Below, piece by piece: positions 52,142-64,000 of a stretch of DNA of 64,000 nucleotides. Below the pieces are notes generated by a model. The model worked only from the letters and a program-made list of their open reading frames with translations. It was not told where the DNA came from and searched no databases. This stretch comes from Nemertoderma westbladi (taxonomy: Eukaryota; Animalia; Xenacoelomorpha). The translations under genes and the position numbers were made by a program. Position 1 is the first letter of the stretch; each line of letters opens with the position of its first letter. Where the stretch lies: NCBI GenBank assembly GCA_032718475.1, contig JAUCBJ010003079.1, positions 4,278 through 68,277 of the forward strand. Reading direction: 5' to 3'.

Positions 52142-55100
52142 CCCACATACTACTGTATATATCACACAAACTACTGTATATATCACACAAACTACTGTAT
52201 ATATCACACATACTACTGTATATATCACACAAACTATTGTATATATCACACAAACTACTGTATATATCACACAAACTATTGTATATATCACACAAACTAC
52301 TGTATATATCACACATACTACTGTATATATCACACATACTATTGTATATATCACACAAACTACTGTATATATCACACAAACTACTGTATATATCACACAA
52401 ACTATTGTATATATCACACATACTACTGTGTATATCACACATACTACTGTATATATCACACATACTACCGTATATATCACACATACTACTGTATATATCA
52501 CACATACTACTGTATATATCACACATACTACTGTATATATCACACAAACTACTGTATATATCACACAAACTATTGTATATATCACACATACTACTGTATA
52601 TATCACACATACTATTGTATATATCACACAAACTACTGTATATATCACACAAACTACTGTATATATCACACAAACTATTGTATATATCACACATACTACT
52701 GTATATATCACACATACTGCTATATATATCACACATACTACTGTATATATCACATATACTACTGTATATATCACACATACTACTGTATATATCACACATA
52801 CTACTGTATATATCACACAAACTACTGTATATATCACACAAACTATTGTATATATCACACATACTACTGTATATATCACACATACTACTGTATATATCAC
52901 ACATACTACTGTATATATCACACATACTACTGTATATATCACACATACTACTGTATATATCACACATACTACTGTATATATCACACATACTACTGTATAT
53001 ATCACACATACTACTGTATATATCACACAAACTACTGTATATATCACACAAACTATTGTATATATCACACATACTACTGTATATAGCACACATACTATTG
53101 TATATATCACACAAACTACTGTATATATCACACAAACTACTGTATATATCACACAAACTATTGTATATATCACACATACTACTGTATATATCACACATAC
53201 TGCTATATATATCACACATACTACTGTATATATCACACATACTACTGTATATATCACACATACTACTGTATATATCACACATTCTACTGTATAATCACAC
53301 ATACTATTGTATATATCACACATACTACTGTATATATCACACATACTACTATATATATCACACATACTACTGTATATATCACACATACTACTGTATATAT
53401 CACACATACTACTGTATATATCACACAAACTATTGTATATATCACACATACTACTGTATATATCACACATACTATTGTATATATCACACATACTATTGTA
53501 TATATCACACATACTGTACTACTGTATATATCACACATACTATTGTATATATCACACAAACTATTGTATATATCACACATACTACTGTATATATCACACA
53601 TACTACCTACTGTATATATCACACATACTACCGGTACTGTATATATCACACATACTACTGTATATATCACACAAACTATTGTATATATCACACATACTAC
53701 TGTATATATCACACAAACTATTGTATATATCACACATACTACTGTATATATCACACAAACTATTGTATATATCACACATACTACTGTATATATAGCACAA
53801 ACTATTGTATATATCACACATACTACTGTATATATCACACAAACTATTGTATATATCACACAAACTATTGTATATATCACACATACTACTGTATATATCA
53901 CACAAACTATTGTATATATCACACATACTACTGTATATATCACACAAACTATTGTATATATCACACAAACTACTGTATATATCACACATACTACTGTATA
54001 TATCACACAAACTACTGTATATATCACACATACTACTGTATATCACACATACTACTGTATATATCACACAAACTACTGTATATATCACACATACTACTGT
54101 ATATATCACACAAACTACTGTATATATCACACAAACTACTGTATATATCACACAAACTATTGTATATATCACACAAACTACTGTATATATCACACATACT
54201 ACTGTATATATCACACATACTACTGTATATATCACACAAACTACTGTATATAGCACACATACTACTGTATATATCACACAAACTACTGTATATATCACAC
54301 ATACTACTGTATATATCACACAAACTACTGTATATATCACACATACTACTGTATATATCACACATACTACTGTATATATCACACATACTATTGTATATAT
54401 CACACATACGGTACTACTGTATATATCACACATACTGTACTACTGTATATATCACACATACTACTGTATATATCACACATACTATTGTATATATCACACA
54501 TACTGTACTCTGTATATATCACACATACTGTACTACTGTATATATCACACATACTGTACTACTGTATATATCACACATACTACTGTATATATCACACATA
54601 CTATTGTATATATCACACATACTACTGTATATATCACACATACTACTGTATATATCACACATACTACTATATATATATCACACATAGTACTGTATATATC
54701 ACACATACTATTGTATATATCACACATACTGTACTACTGTATATATCACACATACTATTGTATATATCACACATACTATTGTATATATCACACATACTAC
54801 TGTATATATCACACATACTACTGTATATATCACACATACTACTATATATATCACACATAGTACTGTATATATCACACATACTATTGTATATATCACACAT
54901 ACTACTGTATATATCACACATACTACTGTATATATCACACATAGTACTGTATATATCACACATACTATTGTATATATCACACATACTACTGTATATATCA
55001 CACATACTACTGTATATATCACACATAGTACTGTATATATCACACATACTGTACTACTGTATATATCACACATACTGTACTACTGTATATATCACACATA

Positions 55101-56421
55101 CTACTGTATATATCACACATACTATTGTATATATCACACATACTACTGTATATATCACACATAGTACTGTATATATCACACATACTGTACTACTGTATAT
55201 ATCACACATACTACTGTATATATCACACATACTATTGTATATATCACACATACTACTGTATATATCACACATACTACTGTATATATCACACATACTACTA
55301 TATATATCACACATAGTACTGTATATATCACACATACTATTGTATATATCACACATACTGTACTACTGTATATATCACACATACTATTGTATATATCACA
55401 CATACTATTGTATATATCACACATACTACTGTATATATCACACAAACTACTGTATATATCACACATACTACTATATATATCACACATAGTACTGTATATA
55501 TCACACATACTATTGTATATATCACACATACTACTATATATATCACACATAGTACTGTATATATCACACATACTATTGTATATATCACACATACTGTACT
55601 ACTGTATATATCACACATACTATTGTATATATCACACATACTATTGTATATATCACACATACTATTGTATATATCACACCTACTACTGTATATATCACAC
55701 ATACTACTATATATATCACACATAGTACTGTATATATCACACATACTATTGTATATATCACACATACTGTACTACTGTATATATCACACATACTATTGTA
55801 TATATCACACATACTATTGTATATATCACACATACTATTGTATATATCACACATACTACTGTATATATCACACAAACTACTATATATATCACACATAGTA
55901 CTGTATATATCACACATACTATTGTATATATCACACATACTGTACTACTGTATATATCACACATACTATTATATATATCACACATACTATTGTATATATC
56001 ACACATACTATTGTATATATCACACATACTATTGTATATATCACACATACTACTGTATATATCACACAAACTACTGTATATATCACACATACTACTATAT
56101 ATATCACACATACTACTGTATATATCACACATACTACTGTATATATCACACATACTACTATATATATCACACATAGTACTGTATATATCACACATACTAT
56201 TGTATATATCACACATACTGTACTACTGTATATATCACACATACTATTGTATATATCACACATACTATTGTATATATCACACATACTATTGTATATATCA
56301 CACATACTACTGTATATATCACACAAACTACTGTATATATCACACAAACTACTGTATATATCACACAAACTACTGTATATATCACACAAACTATTGTATA
56401 TATCACACATACTACTGTATA
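52142..56421. repeat. 21-bp minisatellite (CACACATACTACTGTATATAT), about 200 copies
   Basis: Direct periodicity; explains the ISHILLY / CDIYSSM / YITHTTV ORFs. Confidence 0.98.
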
Positions 56422-56542
56422 TAACAACATTCACATGGCTATTACAAGTTAACTTAGAAAAATAACTTTTATTTCAAAAAAAACAGCGCCTTTTTCCTGT
56501 GAACCCCTAGGTGTATAATTTCACAAGAGGGGCCCTGAATAG

Positions 56543-57046
56543 TGTGGGGCGAGCCACGAAGTGAGTGAGCCTTAGCGTAGTGGTACCATTAATCAACCTG
56601 TCGTTCTGTCGTTCTGTCGTTCTGTCGTTCTGTCGCGTTCAATTTTAAACGTTAATAACTCGGCCAATCTTTGATGAAATCTATCCAAACTTGGTACACA
56701 TGTTGTTTGGCAAAAGTTTAGAAATTTTCCAAGTAGAATTTCCGTGTGGCCTTCGAGAAGCTAAGATAATAGCAGTTAATTAGTTAATTAAGTTATTACG
56801 GTAAAAAGACCATTTTCAACCTGCCTTTTAAAGGAAATTAATTGTTTTACAGTATAAGATTTAAATAATTATAATTAAAAATTATACAGATGTAATCCAC
56901 ATACCCCATTCTATTATAGTTTTTAATTAGTTCAAGTGATTTGCTTTAATAATTGTGTCTTTAATTGATCTAAAGTAATTAAAACGGCAAAAAAAATTGA
57001 TTCTCATTAAATACTGCTCATTTATTGGTTAACATCCAAGTTGGCT
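56543..57046 (+). mobile_element. Non-autonomous interspersed element (HINE-like), copy B; may extend to about 57900
   Basis: Reverse-complement match to 46166-46670, including (CTGTCGTT)n. Confidence 0.7.
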
Positions 57047-58251
57047 CGGTGCTGGTACATAAGATAGGAAGGATGTTTGGTGTGTGTAGAACAGCCAGTG
57101 CTCTTCAATGGGAATGCGAATGTAAGTAACCACATGTGTACAGGCCGGTAGACAGATTGGCCATAGCTAGCTAACGAGATGGAAATCTGAATTCCCTACT
57201 CTTCAGTCTATTATTGTGTTATTGTGTGTTAGACAGATCTCATTTAATAAATGTCAGTCAATAACATTTTACCACTGCAGAAGGCTTATTTATATCCATA
57301 CTTGTTTTTTCCTCATAAATATTGGGCTTATTATTTTTTGATGGGATTTCTTTGTAGTTGAATTGTCTAAGTTTTTACACTGAGGCATTAACAGAGGGTA
57401 CTGGTATTAAATTAATTATTTGAATATCATTACTGCATCGACTGCATTTAGTACTGCGTTCTGCATTGATTATATTCCTATAAACCATTCCTGGTTTCGC
57501 ATATTGCACGTATCCATAGTTATAAAGATTGCCAGTCTGCGTTTAGGAAATATATTTAAATACAAAACAGGACGAGCGCAACGACGCTTATAATAATTAA
57601 GACGAGTACGGCGTTGATTATATTCCTATACACCACCTGGCTTTGCATATTGAACGTGCGATTGGAAATAAGTTCGTTCTATCCTTCCGTGGGTGGTAGA
57701 TGTCGCGGTTATGTATTGGTGGTTGGGAAGGGTGGGGGGGGGGGGTGGAGAGATTAAAAGGGGTGAACACGTACTGTCCCCCTTTCTTGGATTGATTGGT
57801 GGTGTGGGTAAATTTCTCAAAACCTGATTTTGTGATACAGTCGCTCAATTGTAATTTGTATCTCATAACTGGGCCTCGTGCTGCGCGAAGGCCCCACGAA
57901 CGTGTTAATTATTCAAAGGACATTTTCCTTCAATCATTTTTTCTATCCTTATTAATTAGTGACAATGATTAGTTTATATATGTTTTTTTGTTTGATATTG
58001 TATAAGCTACTCCCCTATTTCACACTTTAAATAATGACCTAAATGCCGTTGTTGGTACATATTGAACTACAGTAATATTATTACATCGAGCTGTCAATGA
58101 ATGATATTCGCGAATTAAGAAATAAATATAGAAAGTTTGTAATAACATTTTCCAAATTATTTCAGATTACATAAAAATCCATTTCTTTGCCGGTATGAAA
58201 GTAAAAGTATGTAATGTTTGCCGGAATTAGCACGCAATTTTGATTGCTTTG

Positions 58252-61200
58252 CTACAATATTGTTGCCTCTCTAATGGCTTCTACCCAATCGGCTTTGAGT
58301 TCAGGTGTATCGCATCTGAATATCAGTACACCAATTCCACTGTGTGATATCTTGAATACTAAGGGCGCCAGGCTTGAGTCAACTTCAGGAACACTATTTT
58401 CCACTGTATATCCAAGCAACGGTCTGTTTTCCTGCGCCCTGGGGTCTCCACGATTCTTAAACTGGAACAATACCTTGTCCTTCAGAACACACCAGTACTC
58501 TTTCCATACTCCTCTCGCTTTTTGTTGCTGCAGTAAGCCGCTCTTGTCCCCTTTATCCATGGCAGATACCAATGTTTTTGCACCGGTGGCTACCTGCACT
58601 TTTTTGAATTTTTTGCTAAAAAGTTCTTGGAGACATTCTATTTCGTTACTAATACTGTCAGCAAGCATTGGCCGATACTCTGCAGGGAATTCTCCCTTTC
58701 CGATGACATCATACAGTTTTGTGTGGCAGTAACCACAAACACGGCCAATTTTCCAGGATTTATAGAGAAGAGGCGCTTTGAAATTTGAGCAAGTACCGCA
58801 GACCACCAATCCACAAGTACGGCAGTGATGGCGCCGGACTGTAAAATTGAACTCCGCGGTTTTGCAGAGCATGCACATACAGACTCTTGAGTCTGGTATC
58901 CAAATGGGAGCCACAGCTCCAGGGAAGTTGCTACTACCACTCTCTTTCAGGGCCATATCTGAGCTGTATGCATTAAAAGATTCTATGTTCTCCAATAATT
59001 TATCTTTTGCACCTTCAATGGCAGATATCCAGGCATCCCTTTTTTCAGCAGAAGCAGCAGATAAAGTAAATGATTTCTTCAACCCAAAGATTCCAAACTC
59101 ATTTTCATTGTCGATATCTTGTTCTGGTTTTACAACTCTAATGGATACAAGAGGTATTTCGTTGCTAATTACATAATTCGTTGCAACCTGTTTTACGCTT
59201 ATAAGTTTATCAGAAAGAAGATATAAATGTCGAGGTTGGAGTTGTTTACGGGATACTTTCATAACTGGTCCATCTTTAATATACCATCTTCCTGGTTCAA
59301 CTATTTTATACTCACCTCCTAGTTTTAGCTGCAGTTTTATGAGTTTTTGTGTATTGAGTTCTTCTAGGATTTTCTTGTCAGCATGATCAGCAACTTCACA
59401 GACAATGAATAAAGCAGCTTTGGCATCCTCAAATTCCTTTTCATCCTCAGACAAATGTTTTATGTAACTCTCAAGAAGCATTTTATATTGGGGCATCCTC
59501 TGCACTGGTTTTAACATAAAATGTTTCAGCTTTAGATTTTGGCATTCTGGCATGCTTTCAAACTCCTCAACAACGGTTTTAAACTGTTGATTCCGTCGCA
59601 ATGCATCATCCAACACATCACAACCTTGTTTAAAGCCCTTGACATAAATTGAGTACATTTTTAGAAACATGGCCTTCTTTCTATAAACATCAGCTATCTT
59701 AGGGAATGATTGCCAGTTATCGACCCTCTCCTGGAGATCTGCTAATAATGTCTCACTTAGAGGTAACAGTTGGGAGAGCTGATTCAGTATTATGTCCAAT
59801 TGACTTTTTTCAATAATCGGCTTTCCATTGAGAATGCTGGCATCACCAAGTTTATGTCGGAATGTTACTTCCATTAAGCGCAATACCCTCACAAATTCTA
59901 ATTCAGAGCTTGCCATTTCTTTGGCAACATTAAATAATTTGTTTAACCTTTTAGCTTCTTTTTCTTCTGGCGTGGATACATTATTTGATAAATGTACTTC
60001 TTCTTCAAAATCAGCATTCACTGATGTTCCAATATTATCAGCATATAAAGCTTCTGATAAGTCTTCAAGGAACTTTTCATCCCCGTCATTAATGGTTGAG
60101 CGATCACCATAATCTTCTTCCTCACTGCTTTGTAGACTCCTTATACTCCCAAATTCGCAATTACGGAGTTTTCGATATTCCGAATTTTCTTCAATGTTGT
60201 CATTAAAGCTAATAGGGGGCTTATCAATGAATTCTGTTTCTTTGAATTCTGGGTCTATACCAGTGACATCAGTTGCAGTGGCAACTTTTTTGCTAACATC
60301 AGCATTAATATCTGGGGGTGTAATCTCTTCATTATCAGTGACAGCTTTGATAATAATATTGTGAGTCTTATCAGTTGCATTTGTGGATGACTCGTTGATG
60401 ACATCCTCATTCCTTGCAGCAGAGTCTGTACTTCGTTCTAAAACATCAGGGATAGATAAATCTGTGTTAATATCAGAAAATACATTGATATTTAAGTTAC
60501 ATTCTAGGGAGATTCTTTTTACTACTGAGTTTGTGTTAGTAGTTGTGTTAATAGTATTAGTAATTTGCGGTTTAAAAGAAATAGAGCTTGTCATATCTAC
60601 ATACTCCATTTCATCAGGAGAGTCATTATTCAGAAATACATTTTCAGTTGATAGATGAGTTGTATTAAGGTACGTATTGTTGTCTTCGTGGTAGCTCTCT
60701 GTTTTGCATGTTCGTTCTGATGTACATGCTCTTGACCTTGAAATTATTTCATTAGGTATAGCCTTATCTTCATCTAATTCTCTAGATGACATACAAACAT
60801 ATGCAGATGATTTGACTTTATGTACTTTATGTAACACTTTGGTAGGGCGTGGTGGCACTGGAGGTGCTTGTTTGGATTTTAGTGCTCTTTTTTGATTATC
60901 TAATGAATCAGAGTTGGGGTTTCTCAGACTATTAGACAAATGTAAATTACTTTCTTTCTTATCAAACTGACTTATTATGTCTCTGGGATCTGCCAATGAT
61001 TTTGAAGGAATGAATTTGTTTGGCATAATAAAATCGTTATTAACAATCTGTTGCCTTGTTGGTAAAGCGGGTTTTGCTGCATGTGGGGACAATTCAGTGG
61101 CATCCTCATTATTTAAGGAGTCTTCTGCTTTTTCACAACTTTGATGCAGCACACCGAATTTCACATAGCCAGCACTATCATCCTCTGATTGTGACAGATG

Positions 61201-62274
61201 TGCCGAATGTAGAGAACCCATGTCACCATATGTCGAGGATAATGGCCTGCAATTGATCATGGAACCGCCCACATTATCTTTAACTGGAGAAGGTAAAGAC
61301 AAAAATCTCATTTCCGGTGCAAATTCTAATGTTTCAGGAATTTGTGATCCAGATATTTTTTTATGTAGTACTGCAGCCAAGTCGCTTGCGAGAGCTTCAG
61401 CAGGGTTGTAAATATTCGATTCTGTTTCATTTGATGTGTTCTCAATAATTCCTTCCCTTTTAATGTGGCATTCAATATCATAATCATTACCTGAGAACGT
61501 TTTTTTAAGTGATCGCAACTCGTTTTTATTTTCGGATTCCTTATTGGATTCCGTTTTCAACACTTTTTTCTTTGTTGACGATTTTCGAAAAAAATTCCGT
61601 GGAAAGGTGCGAGATTTATCTTCTTGAGTTATTTCAGGTGCGTTTTCTGTTTGTTGAAATGATACATTATCCACGGGTAAGGGACTCATTGGTTTGTCAA
61701 AGGTTTTTGACCTCCTCTTTATCTTTTCTTTCTTCCTAAATGACGGCGTTCTAAAACTGTTTTTCTCCTTTTCTTCCAATATTGTAGGAGAATCGTTTAA
61801 AATGTTTTCACAGCTTTTCCATTTGCTTTTGAAACTGATACTAAATCTTTTATTCTTAGGACTTGGGGAAGAAGATACAGAAATGTTATAATCAACAGGT
61901 GGTGATAAATCTTCACAGCTCTTCCATTTGCTTTTACTGATGACACTATATCTTTTGTCTTTAGGGCTGTAATAAGGTGATTGAGATTCATCCGTAGAAA
62001 CTTGAGGGTTAGTTGTTAGTAATTGGGTCGGTTGTGTTAGTTGTATGGGTAAAATATTCGTCTCACCAAATAATCGAATTCTGTTCTTCACACTCGATTC
62101 CTCTGTAGCTGGTGTGGATGCAGCTACACTAGTTCTGTTTGGTCTAACCGGCACTGGTGGTTTTGTTTTGTTGTTTACATTGGGCTTTGTTGGTTTAAGA
62201 GGAAGTTGTGGAGGAGGGTGATGTTTTCTATGTGTTGATCCTCTTGTCGGGGGACTATTGATTTCATTTTCCAT
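58252..62274 (-). CDS. FGD6: FYVE, RhoGEF and PH domain-containing protein, FGD5/6 subfamily (Cdc42-type GEF), 1340 aa, uninterrupted CDS
   Basis: Long low-complexity N-terminus; DH domain (VAKEMASSELEFVRVL...LKHFMLKPVQRMPQYKMLL); PH (GRWYIKDGPVMKVSRKQLQPR); FYVE (APIWIPD...RRHHCRTCGLVVCGTCS...RVCGYC); C-terminal PH (WKEYWCVLKDKVLF...WVEAIREA). APIWIPD and the K.SRK..QPR motif resemble FGD6 more than FGD1-4. Confidence 0.93.
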   Translation of the reverse strand: MENEINSPPTRGSTHRKHHPPPQLPLKPTKPNVNNKTKPPVPVRPNRTSVAASTPATEESSVKNRIRLFGETNILPIQLTQPTQLLTTNPQVSTDESQSPYYSPKDKRYSVISKSKWKSCEDLSPPVDYNISVSSSPSPKNKRFSISFKSKWKSCENILNDSPTILEEKEKNSFRTPSFRKKEKIKRRSKTFDKPMSPLPVDNVSFQQTENAPEITQEDKSRTFPRNFFRKSSTKKKVLKTESNKESENKNELRSLKKTFSGNDYDIECHIKREGIIENTSNETESNIYNPAEALASDLAAVLHKKISGSQIPETLEFAPEMRFLSLPSPVKDNVGGSMINCRPLSSTYGDMGSLHSAHLSQSEDDSAGYVKFGVLHQSCEKAEDSLNNEDATELSPHAAKPALPTRQQIVNNDFIMPNKFIPSKSLADPRDIISQFDKKESNLHLSNSLRNPNSDSLDNQKRALKSKQAPPVPPRPTKVLHKVHKVKSSAYVCMSSRELDEDKAIPNEIISRSRACTSERTCKTESYHEDNNTYLNTTHLSTENVFLNNDSPDEMEYVDMTSSISFKPQITNTINTTTNTNSVVKRISLECNLNINVFSDINTDLSIPDVLERSTDSAARNEDVINESSTNATDKTHNIIIKAVTDNEEITPPDINADVSKKVATATDVTGIDPEFKETEFIDKPPISFNDNIEENSEYRKLRNCEFGSIRSLQSSEEEDYGDRSTINDGDEKFLEDLSEALYADNIGTSVNADFEEEVHLSNNVSTPEEKEAKRLNKLFNVAKEMASSELEFVRVLRLMEVTFRHKLGDASILNGKPIIEKSQLDIILNQLSQLLPLSETLLADLQERVDNWQSFPKIADVYRKKAMFLKMYSIYVKGFKQGCDVLDDALRRNQQFKTVVEEFESMPECQNLKLKHFMLKPVQRMPQYKMLLESYIKHLSEDEKEFEDAKAALFIVCEVADHADKKILEELNTQKLIKLQLKLGGEYKIVEPGRWYIKDGPVMKVSRKQLQPRHLYLLSDKLISVKQVATNYVISNEIPLVSIRVVKPEQDIDNENEFGIFGLKKSFTLSAASAEKRDAWISAIEGAKDKLLENIESFNAYSSDMALKESGSSNFPGAVAPIWIPDSRVCMCMLCKTAEFNFTVRRHHCRTCGLVVCGTCSNFKAPLLYKSWKIGRVCGYCHTKLYDVIGKGEFPAEYRPMLADSISNEIECLQELFSKKFKKVQVATGAKTLVSAMDKGDKSGLLQQQKARGVWKEYWCVLKDKVLFQFKNRGDPRAQENRPLLGYTVENSVPEVDSSLAPLVFKISHSGIGVLIFRCDTPELKADWVEAIREATIL

Positions 62275-62300
62275 TTCTATAGTAACCTAAAAGAACATGA
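62275..62300 (-). promoter_or_regulatory. Putative 3' splice acceptor 12 nt upstream of the FGD start codon
   Basis: Minus strand GTTCTTTTAG|GTTACTATAGAAATG (AG at 62288-62287); implies an upstream 5'UTR exon. Confidence 0.6.
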
Positions 62301-62549
62301 GAGCATTGGAAATATCCTATTTAATGACTTCTCTTCGAATAAAATCTAATAATTCGAAATTAAAAAAAATTAAATTTTATTCCACAGAATTTATATAGAG
62401 TGTCAGTTTCTTAACGTTTTTGTATCTCTAACTTGGTGATAGTATAATTAGCACTAAATTAAATGAGTACTTGTAATTGTTAAATATATTTTAATATTTT
62501 ATTAAATTCAGACAATTTACTATAATATTATTGAAAGATTTCAAATAAG

Positions 62550-63225
62550 TGTCCGAGCATGTTGTTGTAAGGTGTCTGAATATGGCGAGTAAAGTGTCTG
62601 AGTATGGTTGATAGGGTATTTGAGTATGGAGAGTAAGGTGCCTGAGTATGGTGAGTAAGGTGCCTGAGTATGGTGAGTAAGGTGCCTGAGTATGGTGAAT
62701 AAGGTGTCTGAGTATGGAGAGTAAGGTGCCTGAGTATGGTGAGTAAGGTGCCTGAGTATGGTGAGTAAGGTGTCTGAGTATGGTGAGTAGGGTGTTTGAG
62801 TATGGTGTGTAGGGTGTTTGAGTATGGTGAGTAGGGTGTTTGAGTATGGTGCGTAGGGTGTTTGAGTATGGTGAGTAGGGTGTTTGAGTATGGTGAGTAG
62901 GGTGTTTGAGTATGGTGAGTAAGGTGCCTGAGTATGGTGAGTAAGGTGTCTGAGTATGGTGAGTAGGGTGTTTGAGCATGGTGCGTAGGGTGTTTGAGTA
63001 TGGTGAGTAGGGTGTTTGAGTATGGTGCGTAGGGTGTTTGAGTATGGTGAGTCGGGTGTTTGAGTATGGTGAGTAAGGTGTCTAGTATGGTGAGTAGGGT
63101 GTTTGAGTATGGTGCGTAGGGTGTTTGAGTATGGTGAGTAGGGTGTTTGAGTATGGTGCGTAGGGTGTTTGAGTATGGTGAGTAGGGTGTTTGAGTATGG
63201 TGAGTAGGGTGTTTGAGTATGGTGA
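62550..63225. repeat. 22-bp minisatellite (GAGTATGGTGAGTAGGGTGTTT), about 30 copies, probably in the FGD 5'UTR intron
   Basis: Direct periodicity; explains the HHTQTPYSPYS ORFs. Confidence 0.95.
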
Positions 63226-64000
63226 TATCTTTGTAAGCGTTGGTGATATTTTATAAAGTTTGATAGTAACAAAATTTATAGGTTTATAAACTTTGGGATA
63301 AACATGGTAAACTATCAAAGGCAAGCGGAAAATCATAAAATTAATTTATTAGACAAACACGTTGTATGTGGTTGGTACATTGTTGTTTAAATTCAATGCA
63401 ATCAATTATCATATAATATATTGTGTATAATTACGTACCTGTCATTGGTAATAGGAATTATGATACCCGTTTATGAAGAACGAAATTCATTAATGAACAT
63501 CGAATAATTGTCGAAAAAGTACAAATTGCTTCTTGTAAGTGGTGCAAAGTATTGTTAGCCGCTTAAATACTGTAATATTGGGCGAATAGATGTATATAGG
63601 CCATAATAGATTGCGGAATATTAAATTAATTTACTCAAGAAAATGGAATAAGACAAATAATTATCTATCGATATCTAATATTACATACAGCAATATCAGT
63701 ATAGCAGTAAGATATTACTCGCTGTGTCATTTGGTACTGATATCTATTGGATATTGGAATGAGTCTGTAAATAAACTCTACACTTCCGGGTTCATAATGC
63801 CAATACTTAAATGGTATCCTAGCAACCTAGATAAGTAGATAAAAGAAATTGAGTTGTTGGCCTAAAGTTGTCGTTTGTCGGTTTGTCCATTCGAAGTCGT
63901 GACTGTGAGGAGGGCAATAGGACGGTAGTTTTCCGGATTGTGTCTAGGGGGTTTCTTAAGTAGAGGATTAATAATTGCAACATGCCAATCATCAGGCACC

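Noticed and set aside
52074-56465. His/Tyr/Cys-rich ORFs
   Set aside because: Read-through of the 21-bp minisatellite on both strands.
58244-61991. Short ORFs overlapping the FGD gene
   Set aside because: Antisense or alternate-frame shadows of the real CDS.
62491-63336. His/Pro/Thr-rich minus-strand ORFs as upstream FGD exons
   Set aside because: Read-through of the 22-bp minisatellite, with no supporting splice structure.

Overview
AT-rich eukaryotic (metazoan, probably marine invertebrate) genomic DNA, not prokaryotic. About three quarters of the window is tandem repeat: a composite macro-array at 1-35.3 kb (30-bp minisatellite punctuated 14 times by a ~330-bp unique cassette), a 37-bp minisatellite (36.7-44.6 kb), a 21-bp minisatellite (52.1-56.4 kb) and a 22-bp minisatellite (62.55-63.2 kb). 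Almost all long ORFs in the track are repeat read-through artefacts. The one clear gene is a minus-strand FGD5/6-type RhoGEF (DH-PH-FYVE-PH, 1340 aa) whose CDS has no introns. Between these lie a decayed non-LTR retrotransposon, two inverted copies of a Helentron/HINE-like element and a TIR-bounded non-autonomous element. The main discovery is the cassette inside the 30-bp array. On the minus strand it reads ACCATG|GTAAG, an 83-nt hairpin-containing intron ending TTTTTTCTAG, a 129-nt phase 0-0 exon open in only one frame, then |GTAAAT. This looks like the first two coding exons of an unidentified gene amplified 14 times with diverging peptides and minisatellite-filled introns. Expression is not demonstrable from sequence alone.
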